From: Lingula anatina
Lineage: Eukaryota; Animalia; Brachiopoda
DNA length: 64,000 nt
Reading direction: 5' to 3'
Assembly: GCA_051362555.1 (NCBI GenBank)
Contig: CM120640.1
Span: 23,236,225-23,300,224 of the forward strand
Shown: positions 12,401 to 64,000 of the stretch, in pieces
How the letters are laid out: every line of letters begins with the position of its first letter
How positions within the stretch are numbered: position 1 is the stretch's first letter
Position numbers and translations under genes: made by a program
The notes under the pieces: model-generated
What the model was told of the DNA's origin: nothing
Seen by the model: the letters and a program-made list of their open reading frames with translations, nothing else
The model's database searches: none

Positions 12401-15400
12401 AAGGACATCAATATACAGATAATGGTAAAGAAAATGGTGCACATGTGAAAGAAACCAGCATGCCTTGCTGAACACGTCTACAAACAGTCTGCAGCACTTA
12501 AAGGGCCAAATGGTTTTGTCGTTACTTTTGTGGCATTGAACCTCCATTCAAGTATTTTATTGTTGTAAGGGTTGCCAAGCCATGCACTATAAGTCATATT
12601 CTAAGAAAAACACTGAGGGAAATACTTGAATTTCTTAACTTAATACTGCTTAGGCACATTTAAGATATGGTAAGTAGACTGGAATGTGCGTTTTCAACTT
12701 GCTGATTCAATTTTGGCAGTTTAAATCAAAGGAACATAATTTGGCTACTCCACATGTTAAGATACTTATAAATTTTAATGTAAAAGTAAATGTTTGCCAA
12801 TAGCTTTACACAAAAGTCCCTTTTTTCAATGCAGTCACATGAGGCTGTGCCAAAGTGGTAAATTCCAGAACAGTCCCTGTAATGAGTATGAAGTTATTTT
12901 ACTTAATGTATCACACTTAACCTTTTTGTTGCATATGTTGATTTACAGTTCATTGGCCCTTCACTGGATTGGATTATATATCCTGTACATTTTGATATCA
13001 AGTCAGCATCTACATCTTTTGGTCAAGTCCAAGAGAAAATAAGGATTTCTCAATGTGGATATATCATGGGAAATTTGACTGACATTAGAGATCACTTGGT
13101 GACCGTGCAGTGCAAATAGCTTCACCATAAAGAAGTAAGGTAAGTGAGTCTTCATATATTTTTTACTGGACACTCTAAATCAGATATTAATAACAATGAA
13201 GATAAAAAACATACCTGTATTTTTTTTGGCATTCTCCAAATTCAACTTTTTATTAGATAAGCCTGATTATAGGGGTGAAGAACATAAAACTTTGTTAAAA
13301 TATATAAAACATTTTTAGAACTACAAAACACTTTTAAATAGAACATTAAATTCCTTTTCAAGAAAAAAAAATGGTAATCAATTGAAAATACATTTTTCAT
13401 GTTATTCATGTTTTACAGTTTTAATTGTTATTCTTACAGTATAACTAGACTAAGTGCTCATTTATTTATATCTAGGAAAAAGAAAAGTCTGCTCTTTTTA
13501 GTATCATTTATGATATTATTAATTTTTTGTATTGTGATAAATTATTCTTTTTCTCATAAACATTCCTGAACTTTGTTTTTATACATTCCCACAGTTTATC
13601 AATATAACATTCTTTTTTTTCTTTATTGACTAAAGTGATCAATATTTTTAGTGTTTGAAAAGGAAATTATATAGATATCAAAATGTATTGTGCAAGTACT
13701 ACTCTTCTGGAAAGAAACCAATTGCATTCTACACTCGAAGTCACAGACTAAGTACCAAAAAGTCAGTATAGTCTAGATGCTGAAAGCCTGGTATAGTTGT
13801 GTAATTACCTTGGCAACCTAATTTGGTTTGATACTGTACTATGAGAGAGCAATTTGTAAGGGTTCATTTTAGGGTGAATATCTTCAAAAACCAATGGGAA
13901 GTAAAATTGGTGGGGGTTGCTTAAGTTGCTGAAAGGTGACAGATATTTTAGCTGAGTTCAAACTATATAAGTGAAACATTTTCCATAGAATTGTTTCATA
14001 TTGGCATTGCTTGCTGATTGTATGTCAGTAGATATTTGCTCATATATTGATGAAACATGCCTTGTCAGTTAAGACGTTTGTTTGTCACACAGATTAATTT
14101 TTAAAAATGCTAAAGCAACAGAGAGCATAAATATGCAGGCATCAAAAATTATTATAATTATAGAGTTTAGGCTCATATAAAAATATATGCAATGACCCCT
14201 ACATTCAGTACAGTATAAATGTTCATCATTTCAAAGTTTTTTCATAGTTTTCCAATGATCATCATATCATAGTCTGCTGTGTTTACATATGTTGTTAGTT
14301 ATAAAATTTCCCTGAGTTTTTAAGGCTATATTTGCCGATAATCATAAATAATTGTCAACAAAAAAGGATACCTAAGCTAAAATGACCATTCTTGATACCA
14401 TTTGTTGACTTCAGTGATCCTCTGGCACTGTATCTACCTACTGGTTTTTGAGGATGATCACCTTGAAGTGAATCCATACATACTGTATTATAACAATATG
14501 ACGCCAGACCAAATATAGCTTTCTTAGAAAATGAAAGTCACTTTAGAAGCCTCTCTTCAGGCACAGCCAGCCTAATACATCTTATTCTTAATCCATAATG
14601 ATTACACAATCGTACTGTATGGAAACTCTATCTGAAATGATGAAATGGGGAAAGGTTCAGTACTACAATCATGGACAAGATGAAGTCAAAATTTCTCTGA
14701 AATGTATATGGACTTTCTTTGTTGCCTAATAAGTGATCATTATTTTTCCGGTTTTACGTGTACATGTACTAATTTAATTTATTTCTGTGATGGTTTCAGG
14801 AGAGTATCAGCTGGAGTAGATTGTCAACCCAGAGCTTGATTCCTCTGGTTATTCATAGGTCACATTGCAATAAACCCTAAAATTTCATTTTAGTAACCAA
14901 ATTATTTCCAAAAAAATGGCAGTGTTTGGACATACTGTACTTGATTTGTGGTGATGTAACACTGATGGGTTCAGTAATGTAGAAATATAGAACAGACAAA
15001 TAAATGAAGTAGCTACTTCTTGTAAAAATCAATATATGGTATGTATCTAGGTTTGAAGTGAGCAGGAGTTTAGAATTATGGTAGTGAACTAAACTGCCCT
15101 CTGCTTTTAAATATAATGACTACCGTAGTCGTTCGCGCGTTACATTGATGCATAGTTAACAAACTAATCCTAGTCGTGCTTCAAACAGATTTTTTTTAGT
15201 CTATTGGTTTCAGTGTGAACCTTGGATAAGATACGGCTTGGATCAGTACTTAGCAACAGCACAGGGTTGTAGGTAACATCAAGGTCCTTAACTGAATCTG
15301 ATTTGTTAAGTGTGAACTGCACAGAGGTAACAAGTCTGTCCCCTCTTGGCCCTTTTCTGTGGTAGTGCCATCTATACAGAACAGTTGGTCAATAGCCCTC

Positions 15401-18400
15401 TTAGAGTGTTTACTTTACTATAGTTTGCGCATTGACTTGCATTGGTAATCTGACCTGCATGCACACTGAATTTTTCTCCTGTGCCATTGTTTAATTACCT
15501 ATTATGGATTAAAAAGGCAGTACATAACAAGCAAATATGGTACGAGGAATAAATGGAGAGTAAGTATTGTTATAGGGTTGTCAATATTGAGTAGTTACAA
15601 TACAAGTGATGGGGAACACAAACGTGTGTTTGGGAGTGAGTCTGATCAAATTGAGTCTGTATTTGAATAAAGCAGCAACTAAGGCAACACCATGCTCTAA
15701 GTTGACAACAGCATCATCAAACTATATCAGTGTGTAGTGGTGCGTATTCGTTTCCAGCATTTGTGTTTTCGCAAGTCTCGGAGAAAAGACCCATTAGTTA
15801 AGGGCCTTAAGTTAAAGCCCTGTTAAGAATGTTACTGCGCGTGGACATTGGGTCAGGATTTTATCTAGGACAGGATTAAGGGTACCTGAGTATTCTTGTT
15901 CGTGATATGAATTAATGAATTCTATTTCTAAGGTAGGTTTTATCGGTATGACTTTGATTTTACAAATCTGCTGCATCCCCTTTTTTTTCTTGCTTTGTTG
16001 ACTGTTATGTGATGGGTTATTGAAACTTTGTTATCTTTGAGAAATTTATTAAACACGCCAAGGGAATTAGCCCAGGTCGTCATTTTTATCACAAAATAAA
16101 TGTTGGTTGAACATATTTGCTCAAGCATCCATCATGTCAGTGAAGTGATAAAGTGGTTCGAACAAAAGAAGCTATGTAAAGGTATTTCAGTTGCAGTGTG
16201 TTTTTCTGCATTGTGAACTCCCGCAGCACATTCCGTGAAAATCTTTTAATGAATTCACATGGGACAGGTACAAAGGTTTTTTGCAGCCCAGTTCTTTTAT
16301 ACAAAATGAAGACTGCCACACCACATTTCATTACTAAGTAGCCACAGGGGAGTGATATCTCTGATACATGTCTCTAATAGATTGAAAATGATGATAGCCT
16401 ATAACAGAGTAAAAATTTCAAAGTTGAATATTTAAAATCTTGTATCTCTATGCATGTGAAATAAAATCTTATTTCATTTAACCTAAGCCATACGGATTAT
16501 ATGAACTGATAAGATATATATTTATGTTATAATCTCTTATAATTTATACAATTATATACGGAATATACCCATCTGTCATAGATTTAGTCGTTCAGTTATA
16601 TGCTTGTTTAGAGTTTATAAAGACATATGCCTTTAATGTAAGCTCCATCACAACACAAACTTACAGTGACTATGTATTATCTCAGTGGACCATTCACCAA
16701 GTGCTCTGTCAAAATGATTTCCAATATTTCACACCAGACATTTTACAGCTGTAGTTTAATACAAGGCACTGGTAGCTGCATGTCAGTGATGGAGTAGAGG
16801 TCACTAGAGACAGATAAGGATGATAATCATGTGAAAAAGTAGCTAGGTAAGGCCTGGCAGAAGGAGTAGAAATATAAATATATACTTGGTCAGAGTATAT
16901 TTTATGAAGAAAAAATTTTGATGACATTGTCGTAAGAAATTAATCTGTGTTGTTAGAATAGGCTTTTGTTGAAGAAATATTTTAAACTATAGTGAGGTTA
17001 AAGTGTTTTCTTTTTGTCACATACATATTGAATTATCACTAACACCTTGAAATACAAAGGCAGTCATTGACTTATTATGATCTTAATAGACAACGTGCTG
17101 ATAAATAATGCAATGGAAACACTAATGAACAGAAAAATGGCATCTATTTGTTTTATGATATTATAAATTACACTCATCTTCAGTACTGGGATATTGTTCT
17201 GTTTATAGCTTATTTGTAGTTACATAAAAATTAAAAATATGAGAAAATTAAAAACACTTTATTTGGATAAAGCACAGTTATAGGAATTGTTAATTAATAA
17301 TTGCTCATTAGAAGGGTGATGGGTCTTGTAATAAAATCATCAATATGTTTTTCTTTGTTAGAAAAGTGAATAGGAAATTTGTTAAAAACAATTATATATG
17401 TGTTCAATTTTTTAAATCTTCTCTGCCTAACAATCTTCAATTAAGTTGCACTTTTTGGAATCAAAATTACTTAAATGTTTTTAATGTAGAATCTATACAA
17501 TGCACAACTAAAATATGAAAAGAAATGCAAGCATTTTGTCCGTTTCTTTCCAAATATGAATAATTTCTTAATTATGAAATAGATCTGTTCAGTAATTCAC
17601 CTGGAATTGATGATCAGTATATTGTCAAAGGGACATCTCTGGAATGATGAGCAGTAATTACTAGAAAGGTTATATTAGATTTTTCCTATACCTTTCATTA
17701 CATGCATGAAGCATTTGTCCTCTCTTAATATCTTTATAATTGCTCGACTGGTTGCTATGGAAACAAGGATTAGAGACCCCATTGTTTTCTACAAATGGCA
17801 ACTGATATTGGTGTTTCTAGTGACAGATCAGATTTTTTCTTCTCATTGTTATCAGCTGGTGTAATACTTTGATAAGCTGTCATTGGTGTTATTAAATATG
17901 GTCTTTTTTTGCTAAATGATGGAAAAATGATGGTAGGGTTTTAGAAAGACACCATTCTGCTGAAACCATAAGCAAAACCTCAACCTAACAGATAAAAGAA
18001 AATTGGTCTCATCAATCAACTTTTGACTTAATTTACGATGCTACTGCTATTCATCATGGTGATGTATAGAATGATTTGCAATCGATTTATCAATAAACAA
18101 TACCAAGTACACAACATGCGTCACTATATATTGTCTCCTGTCAGGCTCTCTTCATGTTTTTCTCCTGAAGCACCAGTTTGTGATGTCATTGATGAGGACA
18201 AGTGATGTCTGTATCAAAGAAGTAAAGGTAGATACTAACGTCATCATCATTATAGGGCTTCTGGACAAGTTATCACTTACCAAGGTCTGACATGCAAGCA
18301 AATGACATTTTTAACAATGAATAGCTTTGAGTGGTAGTACTGTACAAGGTTTTGTTGTCAAGGGATTACATTTCTATATATTAACTCAGCCAGCACTAAA

Positions 18401-18418
18401 AGCCCTGCCCATTTTGTT

Positions 18419-57960
<39,542 letters not shown>

Positions 57961-59658
57961 CACATGCATGTTATTTTTGGTGAAATCTAGAAAGGATTAC
58001 AACATCAACTATATATAAATTTATGGCAGGGAATTACTTGGAAGCCTTTATACTATCAAAATGGCTGCAAGCTCTTAAGTCAATTCATTGTACTTTTTAC
58101 AAGTCACTCTGCAGACCAGTAGGGATAAGTCCTGAAGATGGCAGCACAAAGGCTGTTCCGGGGGGCTCCAACACCCATCTGAGTTTTTTTAATATAAATT
58201 TGTAATATTGGAGATATATACTGGTACCATGTGCATTTCTATCTTTTAAGAACCTCAAAGATATACAGCTTTTTATGCAGAATAATGCAAAACTTTGTAT
58301 ATAAGATATGCCTCAGTAACTGAAATGAATGACTATATATCAAATGTTAAGAAATGTCATGATAGTTTCATTAGTGACTATATTACGCATAGGTACATGT
58401 TTGATACTTTAGGAAAACTACATGACTTATGTACAGTTCTGTCATAAATATTACAATCAAAATCCTTTTGGGACTGAGGCAACATCTGATAGCTATAAAA
58501 ATTGTGAAAAAACATACTGGTGTGAACAGACATATTAAAACTCTTTAAAACTTTTTATTCATTTACATGCCATCAAGTAACTTACTTTTTATTCATATTT
58601 CTTCTGTTATTAGTGAAATAGCACCCATAAATGGGTAAACTTGCAGCTTTACCATTTTTTGTGTTAAAATTACTTGCTGGGAAGCAGACACCCTAAGTGT
58701 CAAAGTTCCTTTCTTCGTCAATGCCACTACCTTCCAGACTAGAAGGAGCAAAGGTAAAATTTTGTTTAATAATTAAGTAAAATGTTACAACAATTGCAAT
58801 TCTGTTTTGGTCCATAGTACATCGTTTTGTATATTTTCCCCAAGTGATGTACATACAGGTTATGTATGGGCTTTTTACTTTTGATGGCTTGAGTAGCATA
58901 AGCTTAACTTTTCCTTATAGTTTAAATGCAAGATCTATACTTAAATAACAATTTGGCCCATCCCATAAAAATATTCACAATGCTAAAAATCAAAACAACG
59001 ATAGTAAAAGGAAAAAATGTGGATGTATTAACAGTTCCGTGTTTGAGAGGGAATTATGGAATTGTAAAAGAGCACAACACCATATAAAATGTGAAAGAAT
59101 ATTTCCAATTGCATAACATGCCCAGTCCTATATATTTCTAACATTAATAGTTACCAGTTCACTTTACTTGCCAATGAACTGATATATGGAAGATTCATTC
59201 ATAGATATGGCTCATCTAATCTAACAAAGTCTTTTATTATCAACTGATAAAATAGTTATTTTTGATACACAGAAACAACACCAATTGTTGAAGGCCCTCG
59301 GATATCTTGCAGGTTTAGATAATGTTGGTCAATTTATATAATTTTGTGGTTAACAACAAACTAGCAGTACTTTTGTCTTTGATACAGGTGGAACGCATTT
59401 AATGAGTCCCCATTTCTGTTCTTTTCAAGATACATGCAGCGACAATCAAAAGGAATTACTTTGATAACGGGTCTTAATCATCAATACATGTACATATATA
59501 TAGCCACTGCAGGTATTTTATCTATATATGAACTTATTGTATATATTATATATATATATATGTATGTATGTGTTGCTCATTCAATCTGAGGCTCTCACTT
59601 GTTAATTATCAGTACTTGAATGTGATATGTATCTAAGCGAGTCTCTCCTGTGTAGCAA

Positions 59659-59712
59659 AATAAAGTGTTTTAATGTTTATAATATATCCAATGAAGTTTT
59701 ATTTTGTTTGTC
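59659..59712 (+). terminator. Candidate polyadenylation signal of the PDE gene
   Basis: AATAAA at 59659 followed by a GT/T-rich tract at about 59696-59712. Implies a ~1.7 kb 3' UTR; motif only. Confidence 0.35.
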
Positions 59713-59835
59713 ATGGGATTATAGCCAACTGTTTGCATATTATTCACTGAAGAACATTAATAAAGGGATAAACTCATAGGGGCCATTCAGAAGATCTGAG
59801 TATCAACTGATCCTAGGATCAAATGGGGCCATAGT

Positions 59836-59956
59836 AATAGTCCGAAGGTTCAATAGTCCGAAAAATGGTAACATTTTCATATTTTAATCAAGGGTTCATT
59901 GGTCCAAAGGTTCTATAGTGACCAATGGACCTTCAGACCAATGGACCTTCAGACTA
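59836..59956. repeat. Repeat-element remnant with ~16-bp direct and inverted subrepeats
   Basis: aatagtccgaa twice; gaccaatggaccttca twice, inverted relative to ttcattggtccaaagg. Confidence 0.6.
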
Positions 59957-61229
59957 CCAACATGCCCCTTGATCAAATAAGAAAGAAAGACTGCTTATGT
60001 AGTCCTGTAATGCTCTCTCTGAGTCCCACACACCTCCCCATGCATCCAGTCGAATGGAGCCAAGTTTAATTACTGTGCCCCTGCAGGGATGCCATGTGGG
60101 GAGGCTTGTTAGAGGTGGAGGGACCATTACAGGATTAAGTGGTCTTCCTTTCATATTTGATCCTTGGATCAGTTAATACTCGGATCTTCTATTCTGAATG
60201 GATACAATGACTGTCTCACTGCCTGATTGTCTGAAAAAATATACAATGTATTTGCTTGAATGTAATTTATTTTCCCAGAAAATTTCCGTTTGTTAAGTGC
60301 AAAACTATTTGTACCCGGTGTATATAGGAACCATTAAAATAGTTTGGCTCAAAAAAAAAAAAATCTGCACTTGTTTGTGGCATCTTTAAAAATGTTTTAA
60401 AGCTGACGTCTTCCTTATGGAGAATCACTTACCCACCAGTTACTATAACAAAACCATCCATTAATCCAAACTGATAACTGTACCGGTAGATGCCTTCATC
60501 ACTACAACATCCTTTGATACGAAAAAATTCATGAAAACCATCATGGAAAGATGCACAGTGGAATCAATGTATAGGCCTACCTTCTTCACAAACACAAATT
60601 GATTGCGCTACAGAACAAGAAAATCGACCAGACAGATGTTAAACGATCTAGGGCAGTGTTGCGAGAAAGATACAAATGATGCATTATGGACTATATTAGC
60701 AAGTTTGACAAACAAAAGCTTAAAATTGTATAGTGTAAAATATCTAAATGAAGACACGCTTCGTAATCATTGGTGCCGTTTCCTTTCAGATCTTGCATAA
60801 CTCTTTTAACATACTTCAAATAAAACTATGCAATCAGGAAATTTCAGATGAGGATTAACAATTAATAGACATATTACAGAAAAGAAACCTGAAATAGGCC
60901 CTACCGTAGAATAGCTAGAGTGTGATATCATTTATGTATAAGTGAGTGTATTTTAATATATTAAAATATGAACCAAGTAAAACAAAATGGAAATCATGAC
61001 AGTAACAATATTTAAATATACCAGCCATTGAAATGTTGCATTCCTTTCTGCAAAAGTCAACATTCTGTAGCTTCTATTCAGGCAGTACTGTAAAGAAACA
61101 TGGACATTTTAGCGACGATTACCTACTTATTCTGTTCTGGTGGTCGGGAGTCACCCGGTCAACCTGTAATGTTAAACGTACGCACGTATCATTGTGCTCT
61201 ACTTGCAGATAGTCAATGTACTAAGAAAT

Positions 61230-61375
61230 TACCCTCTACCAGGGCCGTAGTCAATATTATGTGGACATTTTCTCTGTGACATTTTGTCACAGTACAGAGA
61301 ATAACCGTGAATTTAACCAGAGACATATCTGTGAATATCCAGTGAAAATTCAATCTGTGGCCCTGGTAGAGGGTA
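61230..61375. mobile_element. 146-bp MITE with perfect 17-bp terminal inverted repeat (including TA ends)
   Basis: TACCCTCTACCAGGGCC ... GGCCCTGGTAGAGGGTA, plus an internal palindrome ctgtgaca...tgtcacag. Confidence 0.85.
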
Positions 61376-64000
61376 CCCTTTTCATTTCTACTCAATGTGT
61401 TCATGTACTTGTTTATGGTGAGTGAGTCCGTTTTCCTATAAACTTACTGTACGTCGATCGAACAGATGTCGAGTAAGAGAATAACAAACTAGCTGTGTTC
61501 CTCCTTACTGATTTCTGTTCATAAACAATTCCTAGTTAAGTACGTGACACAAAAGAAACCGTAAGAACCTTTACATTGGAGATTTCAAGGTTTTTCCACA
61601 GTTTACATGAGTTTAATAAATATGATCACTGCCTATAGTGCTTGTGCATTGGACATGCCGTATCAATAAGATTCAAAAACAAATATAGTGATTATCAGAG
61701 AGACGCTGCAGCATTTACATTCTGTTGTTGGAGTGAGAGTAAATGTCTCGTCAAGACCTTGAAGAGATGTCTCGTCAACACCTAGAAGAGTTTTTGGCGA
61801 TTACACGCAGATGTAAATATACATGTAGTTTAAAGTCTGCTTTGCAACCCAAATACTACCCAAAAGTCTGATTTTAATGCCTGATGAACAAACAGACGAA
61901 CTGATAATAAAGCAACTAAACTAATGAATTATCAAGACGTGTAATGAACAAAATCGTTTTTATAATGAGTGAATAAAGAAAGATATACATGTACTATTTT
62001 TTATTAAAACCCACAAAAATTATTTTGCTAATTATAAGTTACCTACCGGTGGAGGAAAGACTACCAGTAGCTACAATTTTGGTTGGCTTTTACCAAATAC
62101 CATGGAAGCCAACTGTTGAGGGTTAAACGCTTAGGCCCAACAGAGCGCCTCCTCTACGCGATTTGTTCGTATTCCGTTCAATATGCAAAATAGCCTGCCC
62201 AAACGAAGCCTAAAGGAAGCGAACTTCGCCAATAGTTTTCTTCCTTATTTCCTTCCTTATCTCCTCATAAACTAAAAAAAACGGCTACACAAAGCCTAAA
62301 AGACACTAATTGAACTTTAAAATATTTCAAGGTATAGGCCCCCTTACATGTACGTGTATGACACAAAATAGCACATATTACATCCAATTAAAGTTTACTA
62401 TAAACGAATACTTAAAAGTGACAAAAAGAAACCACACTTTTGTCCTCACCTCCATGAAAAATAACCTCTTTTCTTTTCATATGCAGTGACCTCCTGTGCC
62501 TGCCTCAAGTTGACCACAAGGGTTTCTCGCAAAGTGCCGGTTTATCACATCCCAGGAACAACATACACACTCGATGGTGCTCTGGGTGAATTGTGCCATT
62601 GTAAATTATAGCTAAATAACAAAGACAAATAAAAATATGTAATGCAATGAAATGCACTGAAGAATACACACAAAGCAAAACAAAACCTCTTGGACGTACT
62701 TTGTATCAGAATAAAGAAGTAAAATATCTCTTATGGTTTTTTAAAAATGAAGACGGAGAAAAGGAATAGACCGGAAGGAAACGAGAAAGACATAAAAGAA
62801 ATAAAGACGTAAAATTAAATGAAAAATGGTTTCTCACCGAAAGCATCAGTTAATATACTTGCCAACGTTTGGATCCTCTCCTACTATCTGGTATGGTTCA
62901 CACGGCATTTAGATGCCAAACATTTTAGCAAACTCCACCCGCCCGCCCGCCCTAGGTCAAGTGCTGCAACGATCGTTATTTACAGCATTTAAACTCTTAA
63001 AATAAGGTTAACTACCCAGTAGAACTAATATTTTCAGACCCCAAGGAGACAAAAGCACTATAGTACTATAAAATTTAAGATGCGTAAAATAATGTGAGAC
63101 GAAATGTCATAAAAATCACACACAAGTTATCTTACGGTTGACGTCATCATTGCGATTTTGGGATAAAATTGAAAGATCGGTTTCTCAAATTTCTCCTTTA
63201 CCTGAGCACCCACAAACACCCTTTTAACGCCAATTTAATAACACCCATCAAGTACCCAAAAATCCTGTCAGCGATTGGCGACGGCCATTTCAATCGTGGT
63301 CAAGTATGTTATTTTTCATGATAAAATCTTGTTCAGAGATGAGGTTACGCCCAATGCCGATTGTTATATCACCTCAAATAGAAATTTGTTAAATTGACGA
63401 TTAAAGCTTTGGATTGCCATTACAACGAGAAATGTAAACGCCGATATTTTATATTGTCCGGATGAATTTTATTGTTTTTGATGGGCACAAAGACAGATGC
63501 ATTATTGAATAATTAAATACAGGAAAAAAAAACCATTTTTGGTATCTGGATGATAATTAAGGCTTACAATACAATACGTTTCCAGCTAAAGGTGCATACC
63601 TGATGTTCCTCTGGAGATAACGCATTTAAGGGTACCGCAAAGTCATGGCTTATTCTGCCATCACTGCAAATTCCCCATTTGATAGCCATAGCAAAACTTA
63701 GGCCTATCTGTCACAAACTGACATAGAAACCATAGATTATCTGACTGTAAATGAAATCAAATGAAAGATATAAATCTTCTTCACAGAAATACTAAACGAC
63801 AGACAGATAACATGTTTTGATAGGTGACGGTCATAACATTGTAGTTTTATGAAATGAGGGAATGAAATAACATGAAACCAACCTGTAGAATTGTGGCATC
63901 AGTACTTAACAGACTCTATAAGTTGCAAGTTAAGCTAAAGAGATAGATAGATATTAGAACGAAATGATCTATCGTTGATCAAATAATGCTATCAGCAAAG

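Noticed and set aside
12949-16852. Upstream PDE exons suggested by strong donor motifs (13140, 15560, 15932, 16847)
   Set aside because: No convincing coding frame or homology; they could be UTR exons but cannot be supported without transcripts.
62450-62611. Minus-strand exon-like segment (MAQFTQSTIECVCC...HCI*)
   Set aside because: Splice-like ends but stops in all three frames; possibly a transposon remnant, not identifiable.

Overview
AT-rich, CpG-poor animal genomic DNA with spliceosomal GT-AG introns and microsatellites; probably an invertebrate, but the taxon cannot be fixed from sequence alone. Two protein genes are supported. (1) An intronless minus-strand gene (2934-4826, 630 aa) encoding a CABIT-domain adaptor-like protein of the THEMIS/GAREM/Serrano type. 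(2) A plus-strand PDE10A-like GAF-A/GAF-B/catalytic cyclic-nucleotide phosphodiesterase (about 18419-57960), which I spliced by hand into an open frame of 26 exons per transcript (882 or 886 aa). The main finding is that this PDE gene carries four clusters of tandemly duplicated, phase-matched, intact exons: A x2 (end of GAF-A), B x2 (start of GAF-B), and C x2 and D x3 (nucleotide-binding pocket). They look mutually exclusive, giving up to 24 combinations. One D exon replaces the 'invariant' purine-binding glutamine with glutamate. Weak donors, RNA hairpins and GCATG arrays surround the clusters. The rest is introns, non-autonomous DNA transposons/MITEs and tandem repeats. No database search or expression data were available, so novelty and exon usage are unverified.
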